Below the pieces are notes generated by a model. That model was not told the origin of the DNA. It saw nothing but the letters and a program-made list of their open reading frames with translations, and made no database searches. Positions 13,470 to 26,329 of a stretch of DNA of 64,000 nucleotides are shown in pieces (position 1 is the first letter of the stretch; every line of letters starts with the position of its first letter). This DNA is from Nageia nagi (Eukaryota; Plantae; Pinophyta), in assembly GCA_050084985.1 (NCBI GenBank), contig JBITNC010000001.1, positions 193,378,001 to 193,442,000 of the forward strand. The letters run 5' to 3'. A program made the position numbers and the translations under genes.

Positions 13470-14760
13470 TCAGTGCCTAACTTTTGGAGGCATATTCTTT
13501 GGCAAAAATTAAAAAGTTCAAAGTCTAAACATCCTTATTTTCTCCTTCTCTACCCAATCAAGTGCAAAAAATCGAATTTTGGTGGGTTTTGGGGCTTTCT
13601 CCTTTCATCTAGGCACCGTTTTTCATTTTTTTGAAGTTTCCAATGGATTGCAAACCTGCGCCTGACTTTTTTTGGTATTTCTAGTGCTCAAATTCAAAAA
13701 TTTGCGGATCTACACATGCATAGAATGCCCTTTTCCATGCAACCATGTGAAAAAATTTGAATTTTTGCAAAATTTTTAATTCCTCTTCATGCTAGTCGCT
13801 GATTTTCATCTCATTGGATTTAGAAAAATTAGCAAACCAGCGCCTAGTATTAGGGGGCACTTCCGTTGCTTAAAATCGAAAAATTGCAAGTTTAAATGTG
13901 CTTATTTTCATGTTTTCCATGTAATTGACCCTTCAAAGTTGGATTTTGAGGCAAATTTTTGCAAGTTCTTGTTCCTAGGCGCTATATTTCACTCCATTGG
14001 ATTTCCAATGGCATGAAAAACTGCGCCTGCCTTTTAGGTGCCCTAAAATTGCTCAAAATCCAATTTTTGCAAGTTTAAATGTGTTCAAAATGGGGTTTTT
14101 CACCTAATGGACCCCTTGGAATCAATTTTTGGTGCATTTTTCACTTATCCCTCCAAGTTAGGTGCTAGAAATCACTCCTATGGATTTGGAAACATTAGCA
14201 AACCTGCGCCTAGCCTTTAGAGGGTCAAAACTTGCTCAATTTCAAAATTTTCAAGACCTAAATGTGCTATAAATCACATTTTACACCCAATGGACCCCTC
14301 AAACTTGAGTTTTGACCAAAACTTATCAAATTTCGTGATTCTAGGTGCTAGATTTCATCCCATTGGATTTCTATAGCTTTGGAAACCTGCGCCTAGCCTT
14401 TAGAGTGATCAAAATAAAAAATTTTGAGACCTAAATGTGTTTGCAATCATGTTTTCCTTGGTCCCAAGCACTTAAACTTGATTTTTGGTCAAAAAACATT
14501 CCATCTTGTCATTCTAGGCGCCATTTTTCATGCCAATGGATTTAAAAACATTCACCTAGCATTCTAGGGGTCTTCACTTGCTCAAAATAAAAAATTTTGA
14601 GCCCTAATGTGCCTTAGAACCTTCATTTCCACTCATTTATGCATTTATATTTGATTTTTGATGCATTTCCATTTTTTCTCCGCTTTCTAGGTACCAAAAT
14701 GCATCTCTATGGATTTCCCATAGGCTTGAAAAATTGCGCCTAGTCTTTGAGTGCCTTAGA
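13470..14760. repeat. Degenerate ~180-bp tandem repeat with TGCGCCTAG/CTAGGCGC motifs in the 5' region of family X
   Basis: The AAACCTGCGCCTAG-like motif recurs at ~13655, 13840, 14022, 14205, 14388 and 14735, usually with nearby CCATTGGATTT and AAATGTG blocks. Confidence 0.75.
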
Positions 14761-15342
14761 CTTGGGACTGATCTTCAACTTCTTTTTTGGTACCTTGTTG
14801 TCCTTACCATCAGGGAGCTTTTTGCTTTTGAGTGCCTTATAGACGCATTTGGCTTGTAGATAAAGACTTCATTATCTGGTTGCAACAATATCTTTTCTTC
14901 TGCTGTTGCACTTTGCTTCTTTGGGATATTTATGCATACTTCTAGCTTGCCCTTTCCCTCTTTTATATTATTGTAACTTGACTCTTTAGTGTTCGAAGGT
15001 TTTAACTCTATGTTGACCTTACCCAAATCTTGTCTCTTACTCACCTGAGGAGAGTTCAGAGATTGCAAACCAGAGTTGCTATGTTTCCTACCACACAGTT
15101 CTATGATTTTAAAACTTTCAGGTGCCTTGATTTTCTCTAAATCGATAAAAATCGATGTATTGCCTAGAGGGTTTGCACTAGCTTGCTTGGAAACCCAACT
15201 CTCCTTCAAATTACTCTTCTTAACAGTATCTTCCATCTTTTCCTCTGGAAAATTCACACCTGCTATACTCTAACCTTTTGCCCTCCTAGCTCTTGTTCGA
15301 GTTGCTATACTAGGAACTTTGTTGTCCTGCACAGACAGGTTC

Positions 15343-18300
15343 TATTGGTATGTTTTTCTTTCCTCACCCAAAACATGCACAAGACTTGGAGGAAACAACG
15401 TTACTTGTTTCCGCCTGAAAGGATTAGTTACCCCAAGTGGTCACATGGAATATGGTTTTGATGGCTCAACAATTAGAGATGCATGTTGTTAATCGTATAC
15501 AAGGGAAATACACACCGGAGATCCTTTTCTTAATAAGGAAAGATTGCAAATGTGAACAGAAGCAAGGAAAGATCACAAATGCAGGGACAAACACAAGGAT
15601 AAATGCAAGGGAATGCGAGGAAAGGAAAAGACCTATGAGGACATCACCAGAGATACAATGTCGTGGCAAGTCATCTTCAGATTTATTAAGGTCGATGCAC
15701 TCACTATCAAGCTGGTTAGCAAATAGCAAATATGCTCAAATCACTACCAGGCGAGAGAAGGAAGCTGTAAGGTCTTTATGGAAGACTCAATGGAAAGGGT
15801 AAAGATGGAGTGAGAGCGTAAGTGCAGTAACCTAACTGAATGATATAAAGATAAGCTGTAGGCCTCAAAATATATCCATTTGTGTGCAAACTATGCAAAG
15901 AAGGATCAAACTCTTTCACAAAATAATCAATATGCAGTTCATAGAAAGAACCATTCAGATATGCATAATCTCACAAATGATGTTCCTCACAGTATAACTT
16001 TATGATTTTATTCATCTAAACAAAACACATTCATAATGATTTTCAATAACAGAACATGCATAGAATCCCTTATGCAGCAATCTTCTATGCAATGGAATGT
16101 GAATCTCATGACATGCAAAGGCTGAAAATGATTGTACAAATAAACTCGATAGCCTCAATCTCAAAATGCAAGAACTCCAATATATGATGCTTTCATTACG
16201 TGCAAAAGTCCAATGCAAAATAGTACAAAGATCATATGCATAAACTCTTCATGTCAAAATTCCTCATGCAAAAATCTTGTATGTCAAAATCCTTTTCTAA
16301 ATGGCCCGAGTGGGGTATAAATAGGCTACTAGAAGTGATGCCCTAAAGGCATCAAATTTGATATGGTGTGCACACATGCAACACACATATCGATACGAAA
16401 TCAAATATCTTCACACAAAACTATGTAAATGGCATCTAAAGCTGACAACATATAAATGCCACTGCCAAAATGCATCTATTCTACCTCTAATCTATGCAAC
16501 AGATAATCATATATGCAATAAATAGTCTGAAAATGTTTGACATCCAAACCGGTGGGAGCAAAACCTTATCCTTGCACCGGTCAAAGTCATAAATGAGTCT
16601 AACAGATTTGATTTGGCGGGAGCAAAACCTCATCCCTACACCAGTCAAATCAAAATAAAGTAAAGTCTGACATACCCAACATAACCATATGCATTTAACA
16701 GAAAAAAAAGATACCATAGATGAAGTTTGCGGGTGAATTAGATCTAGGCCAGATCTAATTCGGCACAGACGGAGTTCCACTTCTCGTTGGTGAGACCATA
16801 GGACTCAACAGTCTCCCCCAGGAATACCAAGGCCTTTCGCATGCCCTTGGAGATCATGCCAACAATGCTGCCATTTTGTCAGAAGTATCCCTCAATCTTC
16901 TTGATCGTAGCTTGCATCTGATATCTCTAGATGACCATCCGCCTCTCGTGAATAATAGGATGCCCTGGCTTTAGTAAGTTGAGATCATCAATCTCAAGAT
17001 GCTCCTGGATTAAATTCTGAGCCTATGCCAACATCGCCTCCTTCCTAACATTATTATCTTCCCCCTGGAACTTGAGCTAATAAAGATATTCACTCATTTG
17101 TTCCTCTAATCTCCTTTCGCAAGGGGATTCTGATCTTTAGGACCATGTTGCACTGTTCAAGTGCTTGGTTCAACCAATCATGATGATAGGTGAACTCATA
17201 GCAGTAGACCAACTTCTCAGGGTTATCGGCATGAATGTACTGTAGATGGGAGACGTTGGGAAGATAACTATTCAACGTACCAAGGTGAGTTTAAATCTGC
17301 ATTTTGAGATTCCTCATCTCAACACCTTCGGCAAGGAGTTTGTAAATCTGTGAAAACAATCTTTCGACGGCCTCCATCACTTCGTTCTTAAGCTGCTCCT
17401 TCATCAATTCCTATCCTTCATTGAAGGAAGTCTGCTTCTGCAAGTGCAAAGGAGTGGTGCTAATTTTCTGGAACTCCTTTATAATCTTTCTGCTGGCCGT
17501 GAGTTCCTTCTTCATTTTCTTTACCTCCTTTTTGGCTTCAGAGCCTTCCTGTTCCATGACTGCAGCGTTTTGGGTGACTATGTTTCCTTGCTATCAACCC
17601 TAGCTTAACTGGCATCTTGAATGTCTCAATGATGCAGTCCTCCACCCATTGAAGATGCTTCTCTTTTGAGTAGCAATGACTAATGGAGATCTCCTTTCGA
17701 AAGGTGGAGACAAAAGTGTCCACCCTTCAAATCTTCTCCCCATTTAAGAGTTCTTCCTCATCCTCAGAACACAGGTCCTGATCTATATCTTCATCATGAG
17801 CTGTACTCATGCTGAAGGCTGTAAGGCAGGCATTCAGCTCAAGATCTGGATGTTCGGTTGCTGGCTGAGAGGGAAACCTTTGAACCAACAATCTTCCTTT
17901 GTCAATTTTCTTGACCTCTTTCGCTAGAGTGGTCTGCACTATGGCCATTTCCTTGCGTTGATGCTCTTCTTGCTTCCTTTTCTTCTTTTTCTCCTTAGTC
18001 TCTCCATCTTCTTCATCTCCTTCGTTACCGCCTATAAATAAGCCCTTGCTCTAGAGTTGGGGAGATTTCTCATGACTCCTCTTGGTAGAGGGTTTGTGCG
18101 AAAAAGGAGACTTCTTCCTATGTTCGGCAGGAGAGGACTTGGATGTAGCCACCTTCTAGCGCACTTCTTAAAAATCTGGACGTCTTCATCATAGGTGCCA
18201 ACGTCCACTATCTCATCTTCTAGGATGGTTTCGACTTCAGTCTCATCAGGTGCTGAAGCACCAATGGCTACATCCTCTTGCTTAGACATATTGGCAGCAT

Positions 18301-21300
18301 TGCCATCATCATCATCTTCTTGTTCTTCCTCGCTACGGCTCTACGATTCTTCTGAAAAATCCTCCACCGTACGGTCAGGATCTTCAGTCTCTTCAACGGA
18401 AGAAGAAGAGGAACACTCAGAACTAGAGCTAAAACTTGGTTGCAAAGGGGGAACTTTCTCCCTTGGAGCAGGAGAATGGGCGGATCTAGATGGAATCGCC
18501 TTAGTAGACAGAACACTGCCACATGCTGTATTCACCACATCGTCTAGCACATCTGGGGGAAGAGTATGATATCCAGCATCTCTAAGATCAACCTCTACTA
18601 CATTGCATTTGCTAGGACCTAAGATGGGCTCCCTTGGGGCCTCATTCTTTTTCCTACAGGAAGCAAAGGTGTCTTCTTTGGTGAGGATGTGGTGTGGAGT
18701 AGGAGACTTGATCTTCAAGGGGACCTCTTTAGATCAGGGCTTGGTAGTCCGAAGCTTTTGAGTAGGTTTTTCTCCTTGAAGTGGAGCCTTCTTCTTGCTC
18801 AAAAGAGCCTTTATGCGTGCAATTTCTCCTCTGTCATGTACATTTCTATACCTCTCCTCATCTCCCAAAGGCTTGTGTGGAAACACGATGGGCTTATGAA
18901 AAGCTGTATTATAAAACACACAATTATCCCTTTAGGATCATAATTCTTAGCAGTAGCATCTTTGAAGAAGTTGTACTGCTGTAGCTCCTCTCGCATATGC
19001 GTTGCCTCCACCCATATGTCTAGCACACATATCCAGATATAGTAATAGGCAAATTTATTGTGGCATTCTTCTTCTTCCAAACCCTCTTCTTCAAGAACAA
19101 GAGTTGCCTGGCATTCTCCTTGAGAATCAACCTGTCACTGGCGAATTTGGGCAAGAGCAGGGGTTGTTCTTTTGAACCAAAGACTAATATATGTAAAATT
19201 GGCGTCCTACAGAAAGAAGTCTGCATGTATGCTGATGGCTTGAGTAGCTGCATCAGAAATCCTCTTCACTACGGATTCTCCTTTGATATCTTTATAGATA
19301 TCATATTGCCAAAAATCGGTCCTCTCATAGACGTATTGGAACTTGTTCTGGCTTTTTTGGTATGCCCTCCACACAGGAACATTTTTCTACTCCAAGTATC
19401 TTTCATTAGCTAGCTCCTTGGATTTGGCTTTGCCATGTAGCAATAGGTACACCAGATAAGAGTTCATATAGAATCTCTTTGAGGATCCGAAAAAGGACAA
19501 TTGATAGTTCAGGGCATCATTGATTACCCCAGCCCATCGGATAGGTCTCCCGGAACTGATAGCAGCAATAAAATCTTTGAACTCTCTCTGGTACTTAGCA
19601 TCATTTTCTTGATTGGTTACCCTTGACAAGAGGGTGATCAACTTTGCCACAACTGGCAGTAATTCATCTCTTTGTGCACTGATCAACCTCTGCCCTTGAA
19701 GGTTTTGAAACTCTTTAAGTAACCAAGGTCGAATATAGTCTCTAGGCCGGGATGTGGAGTCATGGAACTCTTCAGAATGAAACAGTGTATAATCATCCCC
19801 ATATCTTTTCCAGCCAAAGGCTGCTTCAATTCCGGCAGGGGAAATGACCGTGATCACATTGCCTTCTGTGTCCTGTAGAATCCTCTTGCTAAAGTCACAC
19901 TTCTTGGCCACTTCACTGCATAGGTCAGGAAAAGGTATTGCAAATGGTATCATGGTGGCATTGAACAAACCGCATGTGTGGATAAGCTGCTCTGATAAGT
20001 CTTCTTTGCTGATGGAGGATGTGGAGGCCTGTCACCAACGAAGATGTGTTTCCCCTTGAATTTGGCTTCAGGGAGCTTTGATTTTTCCTTCTGCTGAAAC
20101 TCTACCAGACTTTCCTTCAAAAGTCTAGTCATCTGGCTTTTGGTTACACGCCTCTCATACAACTGGCTTTGAACCTTTTTAGCTTTCAATGGGGGTGCTT
20201 TGATGCTCAAAGCCATGGAGAATCCCATTCAACTCCCCTCTCAACTCCAGATGTCTGACCAATCTAGGTGTACAATTTTGGATGCATGCAAAAGCATAGC
20301 TTGAAAAGTGTGCGATTGGGCCTAGGGTTAGTTAGCCAATTTTTTTTTTTGAACACAATTCTTCGCTCCAGATTTGTGCGCATGGTTTTTGATGAGTGCC
20401 TTTAGCACTACCTTGAAAGTATGTGACTAGGTCCCAAGGGTGAACTGAAATGCCTTAGTCAAATGCAACGATTCGAAACCATCCTCTTCCCTTGGTCGCA
20501 CGTTTTAGAGTGAGTGCATAATCATGCATGAGAAATGGTGCGACTAGGAAATGGAGTGATTCTGAAATGGTGTGTTTGAAATGCTCAAGGGGGTGGGATA
20601 TTTATAGGTTTGTGTAATTGCCATTTGTCACTTTCTTATTGGTTCGTCTAAGGGTCAAATAGAAGGCCCACAACAAGGTCGCATGTTTCTTGAGGAGTGC
20701 AAAAGGATAGGATGAAAATGATGCGACTAGGAAAGGGGGTGACTAAGTCAAATTCCAAACTTAGTTCGAAGCCTTAGTCCCTGGTCGCACCCTTTTGGAT
20801 GGGTATCCAAAGCACTCATCTTAATGCTTACGCTTGATTGGGCATGCTTCCCAAGGCCTGGGATCTAAAAAACTTTGAAAAAAGTGCAAGTGGTCCTTGG
20901 TCGCATGTTCAAGAAGGAGTGCCTTTTCTTCTTATCTCCCATGCTTTACCCTAGAAGAACTTGCAAACTGAAATAAGGGGGCTAAATTTCCCTTTATAGC
21001 CCTTCGGATGGGACACGTTTCAATATAGGATAGGCGTAGATGGAGGTCCAATGCACGAGCTTCCACTTGTCAACGAAGTTCAACACTTAGCTAATTTTCT
21101 TCTTACCATTCTAGTTGCATGGTTTTGGATGAGTGCAAAAGGACTCATCAAAATCCTTGCAACAGCCTTTGATGCTCGAAAAAATGACCAAGTGTCCTTC
21201 ACCTTGGTTGCACCCTTTTGAAGGGGTGCAAAAGGACTCTTCACAATGCATGCGATAGCCTTTGGGCATCTCCTTGGTCGCACCGATTCCAATGAGTGCA

Positions 21301-21960
21301 AAAGGACTCACTCCAAAACGTGCAACGGCCAAAAATATGCTAAGTATGAAGTTGCTTGTTGCACCCTTTTGAAGGAGTGCAAAAAGGACTAATCTCAAAT
21401 CATGCGACAAGAAGAAAAATGCTTAGTATAAGTTGCTTGTCACACCCTTTTGGAGAGGTGCAAAAGGACTCCAGAAAATACATGCGACAATTGAATGCAA
21501 AGAAAAAAAATGTATGTATGAGATGATGTTCAACCTGGTCCCAGCTTCCCTAGAGGGTGCAAAAGCACTCCCTCAAAAACATGTGACAAGCTGAAAATGA
21601 GAGTTTTCCTTTGCATTTTCGACAAAAAACAACATATGGGATGTAGATGGGGTTCCTATAACATGGAGGTCTTCAGGATGCCTTCAAATCTAAACATGCA
21701 AACGATAAAAACGGAGAAGGCTGACTAGTCGCATGGTTTGAGAGGGGTGCTAAAGCACTCATTGAAAAACATGCGACATGCTGAAAAATGCATGATTTTG
21801 GTTTCAACTTACCATGAAAATGCAATCTAAACATATTCCCAAGACTAGATTGAAAGATGTGCATCTTCTTTGACAAACTTTTCATGCAATTCCTCTTTTG
21901 TTTCCTTGAGGGTCCTCAAAATGCAAATTTTTTTTGGAGGTGTGTTGTGTAGGCACAACA
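15343..21960 (-). mobile_element. Giant solo-LTR-like element, family A copy 2 (6618 bp)
   Basis: Reverse-complement termini at 21960 (...AGGCACAACA) and 15343 (TATTGGTATGTTTTTC). Perfect TSD GGTTC at 15338-15342 and 21961-21965. Confidence 0.93.
16744..20216 (-). pseudogene. Decayed accessory ORF inside family A copy 2
   Basis: ATG at 20216 (MALSIKAPPLKAKK), fragments 19387-19968, 19020-19253, 18341-18718 and 17090-17275, stop at 16744. Confidence 0.85.
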
Positions 21961-23410
21961 GGTTCGCTAAGTGGGAAGTGGCTTTGCCGTGTGTCAATTC
22001 CTTCACACTTCTAATAGAGATGAACGTTGAAGTAGCATCAGCCTCTTTAGTATCTAGGTTAACCTTCTTTTCCTTACTTTCCTTCCCTTGCTTGACACTA
22101 CTTTTGGAAACCAATTGGGCTAGGTTGGACCTTTTGGTTTCTTTAAGATTTGGTTTTGAAATTTTCTTGGGCACCAGTAGATCAATTTTACTACTTTCCC
22201 CAACCTCTCTAACTCTTTTCTGTTAACCCTTAACTTTGACCACCTTGGCTAAAGGAATATTGTCATCATCTTCATTACTATTCATATTAGAAGACTGTGT
22301 TCCACATGCAATGTCTGAATGACTAGGAGCTTGACCATCACTATTGCCTTTATTTTTCTCAAACACTTGCCCCTCTGCCCTAACCTTAAACTTGGGAATT
22401 TGCCTATCCAATGCCTCGAGGTAAACAAGAAAAATTACAGACTCATGGAGAGGCATCGCAACAATATTTCATCTAAATCTTTCAATAGAATATTCTATAG
22501 AGTTGCAAATGAAGAACGGAAAGTTCAATCTGTCTGAATATGGGAGCTTGAAATGATTAAGAAAATTGAAATGGTAGGCATAAACAACCCTGAATCTGCC
22601 TTCAATAGTTACATACATCATCAACGCCTTTACTAGTCCCTTCCACAGATTTGGTAGACATTCTCGACTCACACCTGACTGCATTTTTGTCAACTTAAAA
22701 TGCCTTTTGAAACTATTCGCAAACTTATCTCTGGCCTCCAATTTTCTTCTTTGGCCTCTCTCTTGACTTCTAAACCCTCATTTGGAATGTGAATGGCTTT
22801 AGCAATTGTCTCTGGGGAGATAATGAATTGAATATTGTTGTATCTGCAGGTTCCTTCATTCCAAGACTCAGCCACAACAAAAGATAACTGCCTATCAAAC
22901 CCTTTGCATGCTAGGATAAAATCTCTAAGACCACCCTCTACTAGCATCTTCCAAATCTTAGAATCCTTTTGAATTTTTGCATGGTCACTCGGCTCTGTTC
23001 TAATAACTTCATCACCTATCTCCTAAGCTCCAGAGCACCTACTGCTAAGGCTAAGAGTCGGATCGCTAAAAAGGATTGGGGAGCCTTTTTGCTGATTGAA
23101 TGAACCCAAGCACCATGGTAGGACATCATGACACTCCTTACATCCACTTTCGCAACTTGGAATCATGCAATCGAGAGGAGGTGCCACAGGACATTAGCCA
23201 CATGTCCCTTCGAAATCTGTTGGGAAGAGCACTACATATAATCACATGATGGCTTCGACTAATCTCACATGAGGTAATTCAGGCACAAACAAAGATGACA
23301 TATGAATCATCACTTAGACTTGAAAGAGCCCAAAAGAATAAAAGATTCACACTGGTCACCTTGCAACAGATATCACCTCAACATCAATCATAATTAGATT
23401 TTGGGTTGGA

Positions 23411-24870
23411 TTAATTATTGGGGAGATTGGTAGAATTACTTCTTTGACTAATATTATTGATATTACTTTTAATGTTATCCAAAACATTGTGAAACTTATC
23501 TTTGATGCAGACTTTGATATTTTCACTAGCTCTAACAGCAGCCAATCTAAAGACCTTGCTTGCTACATTTTGTTTGCCTTCGAACAGTCTTAAATTTTGT
23601 TCTCTCCAGATTTCCCACAGAGTATGAGAGAATAAGAAATTCAAAACAATACTTTTCTCATTATCCTTTGTAATTGCAGACCATTGGAGGATTAGATGAT
23701 GAACTGTATCTCGAAAGGGACTGAAAAAAATCAACCCAATCTGTCATCTTATTCCAAACTTTTTCATAATAGGAGCAATGAACAAATAGGTGATTAATGG
23801 ATTCTTCGTCCTTGTAGCATAACCAACATCTATTTGATAGATGAAAACCTTTTTTTGTAAGTTGTATTAAGCTTATTATGGATCACTAGCCATATGAAAA
23901 AAACAATCTTTGGAATCAACCGCTTCAGCCAAACCTTAGTCCACAAGGTTTTATCAAAATCATCCTTATCATTGTTTAACCATCGCATTGCATCCTTCAC
24001 TCTAAATTCGCCACTTCTTGAAATATTCCATTTCACACCATCTTTAACCTGGTTTAGCTCTCCTTGATAAGATTCTATTTCCTTGAGTAGATTCTTGATC
24101 AGGATATCATGCTTGTTCCCTAATGGGTTGGCCCACCAACCGCCTAAACCCTTGTTAAAATAGTCCTTTACCCATTCCCCTTGACTCTTTATGTATTCTT
24201 GTGCTTTCTTTTTTAATTGTTTATATGAAATCATTGGCTTTTCTCTGATCCAAGCATCTTCCGAGAAGTAAACAGACTCTCCATTTCCAACACTCCATCT
24301 TGTGTTTTTAAAGATTAAAAATCTAACATCCACAAGACCATTCCAAAATGGTGAACCATAAGGTGGATTTACTACTCGGAGTATATGGTTATCTTGCAGA
24401 TATTAAGCTATGCATACCCTAATCCATTCTCTTTCCTCATTAATAGCCATTCTCCAAACTAATTTGCTCCTGAGAGCTTGATTAAGCATTTTCATCCTTC
24501 TCAACCCTAGTTCTCCTTTCATCTTTTCTCTATACACTTTGTCTCATTTAACCAGAGAAAATTTTCTTTGGTCAGTGGTACTGTTCCATAGGAATTTCCT
24601 GCATTTGGCATCTATCTTCTTTGCAATAGTAACTGACATTTTAAAAACACAAGCACTTTACATAGGGATACTTCTGATTGTGTTCTTGATCAATAATAGC
24701 CTAGTTGCATAAGTTAGTAGTTTGCCTTTCCAGCCAACAAGTTTCTTATCTTGTCAAGAACACCATCCCAAAACTTTGCTCTTAGTCTTCCAATAAACAG
24801 AGGCATTCCCAAGTATTTTGTAGGTAGTTCTCCAATTTTACATCCAACTATTTTGGCAGGTCTTTTTTGT
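23411..24870 (-). mobile_element. L1-clade LINE ORF2 C-terminal part (post-RT region and zf-RVT), decayed and 5'-truncated
   Basis: The minus-strand translation gives KIGELPTKYLGMPL, GWKGKLLTYATRLLLIK, LGLRRMKMLNQAL, GSPFWNGL, WSVGNGESVYF-EDAW, LIPKIVFFIWLVIHNKLNT and LWEIWREQNLRLFEG, which are typical plant L1 ORF2 motifs. Confidence 0.9.
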
Positions 24871-24991
24871 TTTTTTGAAAAAGGCATAAACTTTTAAATC
24901 TAAAGGATCTGAAACTACTACCAAGCTAAGAGAAAGTGAGTGACAAAAAAAGGTGCACCTATCATACAAATTCCAATCAATCATAATCGGA

Positions 24992-26329
24992 TGTGATGAT
25001 CCCAAATTGTTGGATCATGCTCAAACGTGCCCTAGGAGAGGGACGTTTGCATTGAAGCACCAAAACTATTCGAACATGCTCAAAATTGCACAAATACTCC
25101 AACAAGTAGCTTTGAATGCAAGATACCCAACATTGCAACAAAGAAGCAAAGAAAAATTTTATACTAAGAAAATATCACTCCAAAGCCAACATCCAAGCAC
25201 AAGGAGACAAATAGCAAAATGTAGACAAGAAATGTAATTGTATTGATAGAACGAAAGAATAGCGCTACTACAATAATATAATTTTGACCTAAGGAGCTTG
25301 CACCAAGACTACCTCCAATAGGGTTATTTTGGATGTCTTCAAGGCCTCATTAATCGCAGCAGCAACAAGGCCAAGTTCAGGACCTCCCTACTTTCTTTTG
25401 TGATGGAACCGAGAATGTTCCTCTCTCGAACGACTAGAGTAAGCTTGAGGCTAGCCTTCTATCACCTCAAGACCTCAAATGCAGGTTGCCCTAGAGTGGC
25501 GAAGATAGAGTTTTCACACTCAATCCGATAAAAGGGGTTTATAATCATCAATCAATATATCTTAGAATGTCCAGAGGTCCTTTTATAGGCGATGTAGTCT
25601 ATATTCTAATATTGCATTGAAATGATCTAATAGCGGAGAGATGTGATCTGTGTGCTCATGTTGATAATGTCCAAGATGAAGAGCTTCGAGATAAGTGAGA
25701 TCACATTCAAGGGCCTAAAAATGCAATGTCCAAGTGGGGGTGATGTCGGTGTGCCTTAGGATCAGCGCCATGTGTCCAAATACCCAAGTAGGGTGACATG
25801 GGTCCTTGGAATGCCCAATCCTCCAATGTGGAGGTGAATCTAGCCATAAATGCCCAACGTCCAAGCATGGGAGCCATCCAATGCCTCGGGATGCTAAATT
25901 CCTCTTTTGAAGTGCTATATCCAAGCTTGGGTGTCGTTTAGATGCCTCGAAGTCGATGTAAACGCCTAGAGGGATGCTCTATCTCGAAGAGGGAAGCACT
26001 AATTACTAGAGGTCCATCTAATGCCAATATTACATTTGTTAAGGCTATAAATATGCAATGGCTCATTTAGGGAGACTAATATTACATTTACATATATAAT
26101 TGCCTTGGTATCATTAATACATAATTATTGGCATTTTAGGCATTCAACTATACATAATGATTAAATAAAAAAGGGCCATTGTTCCATTATTAGAGCATTT
26201 AACTAAGTCTCTAAGTGGAACTCACAATAATTGGCCAAAAACTACTAAAATAGACAATGACACCTAAGCTAATGTTCCCATTTATTAGAGGTGAAATGAG
26301 GAAAACACCATAAAAATGGGGACATTACA
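24992..26329 (-). mobile_element. 3' LTR of a Gypsy element (divergent member of the TGTGA/ATCACA group)
   Basis: The minus strand reads TGTAATGTCCCC...GGATCATCACA and is immediately preceded by a polypurine tract (PPT), TTTGGGAGGGGCAGATT, at 26330-26346. Confidence 0.8.

Larger units (their letters stand above)
1080..14770 (-). mobile_element. Divergent giant ORF-containing LTR-like element (family X), 5'-truncated at about 14770 and interrupted by the 5847-13213 insertion
   Basis: The minus-strand 3' end reads ...GGTTTCCATCCCAACA (TGTTGGG at 1080). A minus-strand CTATAAATAGACCCC lies at ~2035-2049, a decayed ORF at ~2290-5300 and a second TATA at 13343-13350. Degenerate ~180-bp repeats span 13470-14760. 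The order matches family A. The 5' terminus was not found. Confidence 0.7.
14775..23019 (-). pseudogene. Extra ORF (ORF3-like, ~540 aa) downstream of LINE ORF2, split by family A copy 2
   Basis: Begins (M>I)GDEVIRTEPSDHAKIQKDSKIWKMLVEGG at 23019. Fragments 22690-22947, 22469-22741, 22223-22456 and 21961-22174 continue across the GGTTC TSD into 15342-14775. Confidence 0.65.
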
